Assembly (NCBI GenBank): GCA_029856435.1
Contig: JAHQXB010000132.1
Location: 1-14,338 of the forward strand
Direction: 5' to 3'
Length of the DNA: 14,338 bases
From: Candidatus Jordarchaeia archaeon
GTDB taxonomy: Archaea; Asgardarchaeota; Jordiarchaeia; Jordiarchaeales; Jordiarchaeaceae
The position numbers and the translations under genes were made by a program. This document shows positions 1-7,226 of this stretch, in pieces; the stretch's first letter is position 1, and each line of letters starts with the position of its first letter. The notes beneath the pieces were generated by a model. That model worked only from the letters and a program-made list of their open reading frames with translations, was not told where the DNA came from and did not search any database.

Positions 1-549
1 TCACGGAGAAATTCGCAGAATCTGCGAAAAATGGGTTTTAAGTCTATTTATGGGGAGCGTAATGAGCCCAGCGTTGAGGAAGAGACACAGATTACCCTAT
101 TGAAAAGTGAGGACGCCTATGTTGACAAGCTTTCTAGGATGCTTCAAGACGCAGAACGGGAAATCTTAATGTTATGTAGAGCTATGTTAAGGTGTGAGTA
201 TCTAATGCTTCAAAAAATTCTTCCCAGTGTCCGAGAGAAGGGTGAAAAAAATAAGGATGATTACCGGAGAAGTTTTTGGTCTAAGTTTCGCTACACGCGT
301 TAAAAGTTTATTCGGATCGGGGAAATTGGTGTTTTGAGGCTTTCCGGTAAGGCTTCGGGACGGTTCCAGTTTCTACCCTTCAGAACCACTGTTGTGAACG
401 AGAGAGAGGTAATGCTGGTTTTTCCTCGCGCATATAGGGATAAACTCGTTTCTATAATAGCCATATATAACACTATAAAACCCTTGGCTTAGAGCATAGC
501 CTCCATGTACACCATACTCAAAATGGTTTCCAGTGCCAGTTCAGGTTAA
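1..549 (+). pseudogene. TrmB-family transcriptional regulator, C-terminal effector-binding (PLD-like) domain; 5' part outside the window; disrupted
   Basis: Joining frames gives TEKFAESAK/MGFKSIYGERNEPSVEEETQITLLKSEDAYVDKLSRMLQDAEREILML...VREKG/KIRMITGE.../IGEIGVLRL...LPFRTTVVNEREVMLVFP...SIIAIYNTIKPLA*SIASMYTIL. This follows the TrmB pattern (IxLL.G...i..mi..Ae.Eil, G.kiriit, .ivD..evll, la). Frameshifts are inferred at the A5 run 27-31, the A7 run 245-251 and in 302-322, with an in-frame TAG at 490-492. Confidence 0.7.
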
Positions 550-794
550 GGTGATCCTCATAAGCTTTCCACAGTCTGTGAGCGCTCTAAATTTAGAAAT
601 TAAAAGTCAACAGGAAGGCTCCAGACTCCACAGAACCTTATCCTAGAGTTCGGTCAAAGAAGCCCAAAAAAAGGGGAAGGATGTGGAAGAAAAGAGGTAG
701 CGGAAGGGGCGCGATTGTGAGGTGGCTTGAAAATTCCACGAGTTTAATCCTAAGATGCCCTTTTTTCCTTGGGAGAAGAAAGTCTGTTTAGGCG

Positions 795-837
795 AAATCG
801 CTTTTCTCTTTCTTTGCATTTTTCTCTTTTTTTATTT
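795..837 (+). terminator. Pyrimidine/T-rich archaeal terminator-like tract
   Basis: cttttctctttctttgcatttttctctttttttatttt lies between the convergent TrmB remnant and DUF6506 gene. Oligo-T tracts are typical archaeal terminators. Confidence 0.35.
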
Positions 838-1164
838 TGCCGGGAACCAGCCTTCCCTACTCATTACTTCTATTGCAATTCTGGTGCTTGGTCCATCTCC
901 CCTAGCTACATTTACACTGACCTTATCCCCAACTGTTTCCACAATTTTGGCAATGTCTCTGTGTGTGAATCCGGGGCAGAGCATAATTGCGTGAATACCC
1001 TCTTTTTCCACAAGGTATTTACACTCTTTTAGTGCCTCATCTTGGCTCTTGACCACCACCACGAAAAGCTTATACTTACCTGTCTCAATCACACAGCGGT
1101 GCTTCTTTGGATCAGCATCCGGAGCATGGGCAAGAAAGGCTGCTTTAAACGCCACACCAACCAT
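832..1164 (-). CDS. DUF6506 family protein
   Basis: The sequence MAFKAAFLAHAPDADPKKHRCVIET...LFVVVV...EGIHAIMLCPGF..IAKIVETVG..VSVNVARGD matches the family pattern as I recall it. GGAGG abuts the ATG at 1164, so GTG at 1155 (9 nt after the RBS, giving MAFKAAF) is the likelier start. Confidence 0.75.
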   Translation of the reverse strand: MVGVAFKAAFLAHAPDADPKKHRCVIETGKYKLFVVVVKSQDEALKECKYLVEKEGIHAIMLCPGFTHRDIAKIVETVGDKVSVNVARGDGPSTRIAIEVMSREGWFPAK

Positions 1165-1216
1165 CCTCCTGCATATTTCAATTATGTCAGAAATTAACAG
1201 ATTCTTTGTTCATCCC

Positions 1217-1226
1217 CTTATATAAG
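1217..1226 (-). promoter_or_regulatory. TATA box for the DUF6506 gene
   Basis: The minus strand reads aaaaCTTATATAAGggg, about 55-60 nt upstream of the start. It is flanked by an imperfect inverted repeat, catcccctta (1211-1220) and taggggtgatg (1241-1251). Confidence 0.55.
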
Positions 1227-1664
1227 TTTTAAGCAATTATTAGGGGTGATGCAGAATAGTTCGGCTATGCCTCAAAAATGGACTTTTATAAATCTTGGAT
1301 TTGGAGCTCTATTAGTGAAAAGGAGCCGAATAATTTATATCACAATTATTAGGAGAGAGCGTGAACTACGAGAAGTCAGATAGAAGGTGGGGAAACTGGT
1401 TTACTTCCGCTCCCCCCTTTAATCCCTACTTCTCAGATCCAGCGAGGCAACTAAAATAATTTTGTTTCTCTTTTCGTTCCGCGATGTTGTTTAGAGTTTT
1501 ATCCACTTATATGGTGGTCTCTTAAAAGAGTGAAGCTTTATTATGAGAAGCTTAACAATCCCACTAAAAACGTTTTCAAATTCGCAAAAAAGGGGTTTTA
1601 AAGAAAAAGTGACAGAGAGACCGCCAAGTATCCAAACAAAGAAATAGTTTAGGTAAAATTTTTT

Positions 1665-2357
1665 CTAGAAAAGCTCTACTATTCGGCCCTTGCAGCTAGG
1701 GTTGGCGAAATCGTCCAGGTAGTAGTCGCAGCCTGCTTTCAGTTTCTGCCCGATATCTGAACTCATCAAACGTCCCAAGGCGCAGATTTGCCTGCCATCC
1801 ATCTTCTTAATTTTTTCTGTAACAAAAGCTTCGCAGCAGTCCCTAAAAGGACAATCCTCAACCATATACACAACAGTGTTTTCATCCTCTACTTTGTAAC
1901 TAACCTTGGTGGGCATCAATCCGAAGAACACGAGTTTATCAACTGATTTTCTCCAAGCTTCTTCAAGGTTGGTGGCCTCTCCACTCTTTCCTGATTCCAA
2001 ACTTTTTGCTGCTTCTGTTGTTGAAATCCTCTGTGAACTTCCCGTAGCGCCTTGGAACGTCGACTCTGTCTTTCCCATAGCATATATAAGCGCATTGAAG
2101 CCGTAAAGGTACTTGTCCTGTTTTTTTTGCAGGTACCCCTTTACCTGTGCCCAATCCCAATCTTGGGCTTCCTCAACCGGCGGTTCTCCACACTTTTTGG
2201 ATGCAAAAAGTACAGTGTTCTTTCTGGCTAAGCGCCCATAAGCTGCACCATACAAATTCTCCTGATTCTTTAAAATAGCAATACAGACATCTAAAAGCGC
2301 ATTGACATTAACCTGGTCATATGGTGTTCCTATTTTTTCCATGCTTTCCACCTTCAC
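1665..2357 (-). CDS. Hypothetical protein with a C-terminal Cys-rich V4R/MetOD1-like putative ligand-binding domain
   Basis: Intact 230-codon ORF. The C-terminus VVYMVEDCPFRDCC...DGRQICALG...CDYYLDDFANPSCKGRI resembles V4R/MetOD1 domains. It is a paralog of 7227-7946. The probable start is ATG at 2342, preceded by GAAGGTGG. Confidence 0.7.
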   Translation of the reverse strand: MKVESMEKIGTPYDQVNVNALLDVCIAILKNQENLYGAAYGRLARKNTVLFASKKCGEPPVEEAQDWDWAQVKGYLQKKQDKYLYGFNALIYAMGKTESTFQGATGSSQRISTTEAAKSLESGKSGEATNLEEAWRKSVDKLVFFGLMPTKVSYKVEDENTVVYMVEDCPFRDCCEAFVTEKIKKMDGRQICALGRLMSSDIGQKLKAGCDYYLDDFANPSCKGRIVELF

Positions 2358-2399
2358 TTAAAAATCCTATTAGTAGCACTCCATAATTACGATTGATTC

Positions 2400-2407
2400 A
2401 ATATAAA
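2400..2407 (-). promoter_or_regulatory. TATA box for the 1665-2357 gene
   Basis: The minus strand reads TTTATATT, about 45-60 nt upstream of the candidate starts. Confidence 0.45.
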
Positions 2408-2890
2408 TGTTTCCACCTTCCTTTTTTAAATCGAATTTTGATTAAAAATTTTTGATTTTTCCAATTAAATTGCGAAAATCGAAATATGTAGACCCAAAAC
2501 TTAAAATTTATTCAAATTCACTTTCCCCCTTTCGAGGAGGATTAGCTGCCTTTTTTCGAGAGGCATTGTTGTAAGAAGTGCTGAGGTTCTCAATTATGAG
2601 TCTTTTTGAGCCCTACAATGGTCTACGAAGCCGTCTATATCCTCCTCCAAAATCATTTTGAACCAATGTTCCCATCTAAATTACCACAAAAATTACACAG
2701 AGTAATAAAGCATAGACTTATTACCACCTCCAAAATTTTAAAAAATTTTTGGGAAAGCTATTATGGTGATGCAGATTTATTCGGTTCCATCTCCCTAGTA
2801 AGGCTCCAAATCGTGAAAGAAGCCCTATAAACACCCCCCTTTTGAGGCGAAACCGAACAATTCTACATCACCAAGCTATTATTTTAGAGA

Positions 2891-4033
2891 TTGCAGGTTG
2901 AGATAGGAGTGAAAAAGAGAGTTAAGATTGGCAAGTTTCTCATGGCAGTTGCCCTAATCGCCCTGCTATCAATGTACTGCTCTTCTGCCCACACGGCAGC
3001 AACAATATCCGTTCCCATTCAACCAAAGCTCTCAGGCGAGCACCCAACCTTCGGGCTTCAAGAAAGGTGGACTTACAGCCTCAACTTCACAAATATGACA
3101 AGCCTGAGCAGCGTTCAAACCTTAATGTACTCCAACACCACAGGTTTCACCACAAATACAAATGATTACCACGGCAATATTAGGAGTTGCTACGTATTAT
3201 GGTTTAGTCCCGTAGAGCCGCAGAGCATACTCATCCTCCTAGACATCCTTTCCGAATGTTTCGGCATAAGTGACTTGAACGCATCTGACATCGTCGGCCT
3301 CGGCAACTCTAGCGTGCTAAAACTATATCTCAGCGTCAATCCCAATCTAGAAGAATACAACTTTTTGTGGATAAAATCTGAGTGGAAGGTGAACTACGAC
3401 ACTGGTAGTAAGAAGCTAAACGCATCATTGTATATCTCCTTAAATGAGACGTACTCCTACTCCATTTTTAACTTCACCCTCTCACAAGGTAAAACCTTCG
3501 GATACTACACTGACGCCCTTAACGTTTCACTTCATGGAGAAGTCAATTATTTCAATGGCACAACATGGAACAATCAATCTGCTCCCTCTGAAGATTTAAG
3601 TTTTCCAGATGCCTACGTCTTCTATCCTTATTTCAGGGTCGAAGGTATAGAATATATAACTGTGCTGGCTGGGACATTTGAATGTTGGAAGATAGCTGTT
3701 ATAAATATCACTAACGCAGATGAAATCGTAGGCTATTATTGGTACTCCCCCAACACTAAGAATTATGTGAAAATAGATGTGAATACCACGGATTCGTCTG
3801 GCAATGAGTACAATACATACGCCGAGTTAACATACTTCTACTCGACTGGTGCGCCTTGGATGCCGGGAGTGGCGTGGAGTTTACTCATGTTTCTGTTGCT
3901 TCCATACTTCACTGTTTATAACAGCTACCAGCAGCAACAGAGGAATACACTGCTTTTCATGGGGGCTGTTGTTCTCCTCATAGTGGCCGTAGTAGTGGGC
4001 ATAATTGTTTCCACGCGCCGTAGACAAAAATAA
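2891..4033 (+). CDS. Secreted, membrane-anchored cell-surface glycoprotein (S-layer-like or DUF3108-like region)
   Basis: N-terminal signal peptide (KKRVKIGK, hydrophobic core, SAHTA) and 13 N-X-S/T sequons counted in the mature part. Contains the motif EYITVLAGTFECWKI (ITVPAGTF type). The C-terminus has two hydrophobic segments separated by YNSYQQQQRN and ends RRRQK. GTG at 2909 is a plausible alternative start. Confidence 0.75.
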   Translation: MQVEIGVKKRVKIGKFLMAVALIALLSMYCSSAHTAATISVPIQPKLSGEHPTFGLQERWTYSLNFTNMTSLSSVQTLMYSNTTGFTTNTNDYHGNIRSCYVLWFSPVEPQSILILLDILSECFGISDLNASDIVGLGNSSVLKLYLSVNPNLEEYNFLWIKSEWKVNYDTGSKKLNASLYISLNETYSYSIFNFTLSQGKTFGYYTDALNVSLHGEVNYFNGTTWNNQSAPSEDLSFPDAYVFYPYFRVEGIEYITVLAGTFECWKIAVINITNADEIVGYYWYSPNTKNYVKIDVNTTDSSGNEYNTYAELTYFYSTGAPWMPGVAWSLLMFLLLPYFTVYNSYQQQQRNTLLFMGAVVLLIVAVVVGIIVSTRRRQK

Positions 4034-4075
4034 ACCACCCTTACCCCTCCTTTTTTCTCTTTTCCATCTGCAAGT
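4034..4075 (+). terminator. C/T-rich terminator-like tract
   Basis: accacccttacccctccttttttctcttttcc immediately follows the TAA. A similar aaacccaccctttttatttttcc tract follows the thiolase gene on the minus strand. Confidence 0.5.
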
Positions 4076-4134
4076 TTGCTCCGTGAACCATTTTAACGCT
4101 CAAGATTTTAGGCCTAAGGAGTTCTCGCCAACCA

Positions 4135-4157
4135 TTTTGAGCCCTCCACGCTCAAAA
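4135..4157. repeat. Perfect 8-bp inverted repeat with 7-nt loop
   Basis: ttttgagc (4135-4142), cctccac, gctcaaaa (4150-4157), located between convergent genes. Confidence 0.6.
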
Positions 4158-4340
4158 AGAGTTGCTAAGTTGTTCTTCCATTTGTAAGGATAATCTTCAC
4201 AAAAATCCCTCTACAAGATTTAAATGAAGTTAAAACTATACCCTTTCTGGTGAGGGGTTCTTCATCATATAATAGGGTTCGCTCCAATTAAGTCCGAAGG
4301 TATTTTGGTGTTGGGGGGTGGGAAGTGTTTCTTTTTTCCA

Positions 4341-4853
4341 ATATTTGAATGGTGGTAATCAAATGGTAAGCCGACTCTAAGAATCTTGCAAAAGCTTGGG
4401 ATAAGTGTTCTCTGTATGGTGGCAACAAGCGTAGCCTTTTCCCTCTGCTTTTGGCTAGGTCTATGAGGAAGTTAAAGGGAACGCTATGGCCGCTTCTAAA
4501 GTCAACAACTAAATACTCTGTTTCTAATCCTTTTATGTCACTTTTGTTCAAAAGGTGGTATCCCGGTGGGTTTCCTTGTCTTAACATCTCTTTTCCTTTT
4601 CTACTTTTGAAGAAATCGCTTCTCTTCTCAAATTCACTTGCCAAACAGGGCAGAGTAAAACTAGGTTCAGTTTTCTCTGGACAAGATCACAAGATTGACT
4701 CATAACACCAACGTCATTTTTCATAATTTCAAAATCTATCTCATCAGATATTTCTGGGGGGGGCACCACAATGGGGCATTCTTTGATAAAATCTCCCTGC
4801 GTAAGGTCTTCGCTGCCGTTTACGATATCATACCCGGGATGTTCCTTTGCCAT
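4341..4853 (-). pseudogene. Conserved hypothetical protein (QGD...SQSCDL...RVGLP family, probable MazF/PemK-like fold), frameshifted
   Basis: ORFs 4581-4853 and 4288-4644 join at about 4640 (LVLLCPVW/SEFEKRSDFF). The C-terminal motif continues in other frames: YREHLSQAFARF/RVGLPFD/PPFK, with lesions near 4379 and 4356. Confidence 0.7.
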
Positions 4854-5014
4854 TAAATTTCCTCCGGCTCTGAAATACCCAGCGTTGCCTTTCTGATGTT
4901 CTTTACTCTCATCTTTGCAGTCTCACGTTTTAAAGGAGATATTCTTACAACGATTTCAAATTCGAGTTCCTCTTCGGGAAAAAGTTCAATGTTTTCACTC
5001 TTAAAGGGTCTCAT
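4853..5014 (-). CDS. Small hypothetical protein (53 aa), possibly the 3' fragment of a ~95-aa gene starting at 5149; candidate antitoxin-like partner
   Basis: MRPFKSENIELFPEEELEFEIVVRISPLKRETAKMRVKNIRKATLGISEPEEI*. Its TAA overlaps the ATG of the next gene (TAATG at 4851-4855), which indicates translational coupling. It is not in the ORF track. Confidence 0.55.
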   Translation of the reverse strand: MRPFKSENIELFPEEELEFEIVVRISPLKRETAKMRVKNIRKATLGISEPEEI

Positions 5015-5192
5015 TCATTACTTCAAAACGTGGCGTAACGGATGAGAGGCCAATTTTAGATAGAGGCGTTAGAGTCTTGTGGGAAATGGGTGTTTTAAGT
5101 GATTTTTTCCTTGCCAAATTAACTAATAACTCTCTTCTTCTATGTCCATTTCCAGTCCGGAGCTGGGAGCAGAGGAATATTGAGAAAAATAA

Positions 5193-5710
5193 TTATGATT
5201 TGTAGTTTCCTGCCATACAGGCGCATACATTACCTATACGAACCCCCTCTAACAACTCTCCTTCAATTATCTTAAAAAACCAATCATCTGTCAAAATGGG
5301 CCTTTTCCACTCACCAAATAATTTCCTCTTTAATATTTGAAACGCCTCCCTTGACTGACTGAACTATTGTTTCCCAAATAAAAGCCTCCACCTCCCTTCT
5401 CCTCCCACGCGCAAATCTGAGACACACCGCCCCACGGGGACTAGTTGAAGGAGAAGAGAACCTTAAATCGATATTATCAAAAAAATTTTTGACCCCAGTA
5501 TCTTCAAATAACTTTTTGTAGACATCTATTTTTATTTTCATCTTCTCCTTCAAGAACTTGAAAATATCTTTTTAAGTCATCTAGTATGACTGTCATTCGA
5601 ATGTGGAATGCGGCATCCATAACGAGTATAATAATATTATCGGCAAATACTGAATCTGGATGAAACGGTTTATAGCCCTTTTCGTAAACTTTTACAAGTC
5701 GCCAACTCAA
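5193..5710 (-). pseudogene. Hypothetical protein, twice frameshifted and possibly 5'-truncated
   Basis: ORFs 5504-5710 and 5311-5553 join across the T5 run at 5569-5573 (DDL/KDIFKFLKEKMKIKIDVY). A second shift near 5351 gives ETIVQSV/REAFQILKRKLFGEWKRPILTDDWFFKIIEGELLEGVRIGNVCACMAGNYKS*, with the stop at 5193-5195. There is no RBS before the TTG at 5710. Confidence 0.5.
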
Positions 5711-5762
5711 TTTTTTGGGAGGATAAAAGAAAAGGAATGAATTCTTGGAATTTTGAAAAATT

Positions 5763-6608
5763 TTAGGTTTTGTCCTCGAATTTTAGAACAGTGCTTCCGA
5801 CGTGGGCTCCGATGTGTTTTGCCACTGCGGGGCACTTGACTTTGAGTAGGAAGAACACTCCTGCCTTCCTGTCACTTAGAGCCTCATAATTCCCCTGACC
5901 CTTGCTAATCACCATATCTGCTTGTCTTAGGAAATTGGCGAACACTTCTGAGTTTCTATTCATACCCTCGTGGTCCACGCTTATCTTCATGATGTCAGCT
6001 AATTTATCGATACCCACTTCCCTCGCATCCTCTACGGTGGCATCATTTAAAATAGGCTCCGCTCTAACAAAGAAGGTTACCTTTTTGTCGGGCATCTCCT
6101 CCAAGAGAACCCTGTCAAAAACAATTTCTCCAGCATTGTCCCCAAGATAGATTACGTTTTTCGCGTTCCTCAGCACCTGTTCGAACCTTTGAAAATCGTT
6201 TATCTCAAGATCCTGCGTCAAGACTTCCTCAATGGTCTTATTTACATCAAACTTTGAGGAGGGCCCGTAATCAATGATATTTCCCGCTATCGCGAGTTTC
6301 ACCGCGGTCAAAAGCCTATTTTGGGACCTTTGCACCATTTTTTTAAGCTCCGGGTAAAGTTCAAGGGCCATTCTATTGGACTTTTTCTTCACCTCCCTGT
6401 AGGGGTCAGGATTATCCGCCACCTTCTTAACAATGCCATGCACCACGTGGGCAATCTCCGTTGGGGGACCATTAAAAGATGTTTTGCTCAGTACCGAGAG
6501 GACTTCCCGTAAAACCTTTTCCTGCTTTAACCTATCCTTGGTAACCATTCTAACCGCTTCTAGAGCCTGCCTAACAAAGCAGGGAACACAGTCCAACTCA
6601 GCCTCCAT
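5763..6608 (-). CDS. ARMT1-like / DUF89 damage-control phosphatase (PH1575-like)
   Basis: Motifs CVPCF, LAIAGNIIDYG, DNAGEIVFD, PILNDAT, ISKGQGNYEAL and FFLLKVKCP are all present in an intact 281-aa ORF. Confidence 0.9.
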   Translation of the reverse strand: MEAELDCVPCFVRQALEAVRMVTKDRLKQEKVLREVLSVLSKTSFNGPPTEIAHVVHGIVKKVADNPDPYREVKKKSNRMALELYPELKKMVQRSQNRLLTAVKLAIAGNIIDYGPSSKFDVNKTIEEVLTQDLEINDFQRFEQVLRNAKNVIYLGDNAGEIVFDRVLLEEMPDKKVTFFVRAEPILNDATVEDAREVGIDKLADIMKISVDHEGMNRNSEVFANFLRQADMVISKGQGNYEALSDRKAGVFFLLKVKCPAVAKHIGAHVGSTVLKFEDKT

Positions 6609-7226
6609 TTATGAACCACTCCATTCCTCAAAAAACATAGAAGCCGGGGACTTTAACCCTTTCTACTTTTAATTCGCTAAATTTTCCATAATTCAAACAC
6701 ACAAGAACCCCTAAGACTAGCTACACAGCATATGTATATGATTAAAGAGAATATAATATTCAGAGATGCAAAGGTGAATCTCGATTTCATAGTTAAACAG
6801 GAATTACGAAGAGAAAAAATCACTTTTTTGTTAACCTGTTGTGTCGGCCGCCTAAATACGCCCACCGCCACTAGCGAACGCGTCCAAGAGATTGACGCAT
6901 TTAGACGCTTATTGGTTTTATTTGACTTGTGATTATAGTCCACTTATCCTCTTCTCTTTTCGGGTGCTGTGCTGCTCTAGCGATGCTTTGAGCTGAGTGG
7001 TCAGACCGAGTGTTGAATACTCCAGACCTTCATAGGCGCTGTCCTGTACCACTGGCTGGGTTGTACCAGTTGGAAGTGCTGCTCCAAGCTAGCCGCATAA
7101 ACCACACATAAACACTGTGGCAATATGAAATGCAAAATGACAGTGGAAACAAAATTTTTGGATGTATTAAGTTTTTTTGGTGGGTTTCTTCTTGCACAAC
7201 AGACAATATCTGGTTGACAGTGCCAG

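Noticed and set aside
490-492. In-frame TAG codons in the TrmB remnant (490-492) and the IS66 transposase (14182-14184), both at Lys-like positions, as possible pyrrolysine readthrough given the nearby corrinoid genes
   Set aside because: Both genes also carry frameshifts. AAG to TAG is a single substitution. TAG acts as an ordinary stop in the intact gene ending at 1665, where the paralog alignment supports that end. No pyl or methylamine methyltransferase genes are in the window.
755-1032. ORFs 755-994 and 769-1032 (+)
   Set aside because: They are antisense shadows of the DUF6506 gene plus the T-rich tract, with no recognisable motifs.
1370-1434. Hairpin as an H/ACA guide RNA, C/D box RNA or SECIS element
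   Set aside because: There is no ACA box after the lower stem, no C/D boxes, and no K-turn or AUGA/GA core on either strand. It is kept only as a generic structured-RNA candidate.
2606-2830. 74-aa ORF (+) in the divergent intergenic region
   Set aside because: It has no RBS or recognisable motif and lies in AT-rich promoter-like DNA, so it is probably a chance ORF.
6677-6943. Overlapping ORFs 6677-6943 (-) and 6732-6932 (+)
   Set aside because: Neither has a family signature, and they overlap on opposite strands. I cannot support either.
6933-7226. 60-aa C-terminal tail of ORF 7030-7653, and a start-less open frame LGAALPTGTTQPVVQDSAYEGLEYSTLGLTTQLKASLEQH... at 6933-7088
   Set aside because: The tail is best explained as readthrough after a frameshift, since the paralog ends earlier. 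The second frame has no start codon and no recognisable family.
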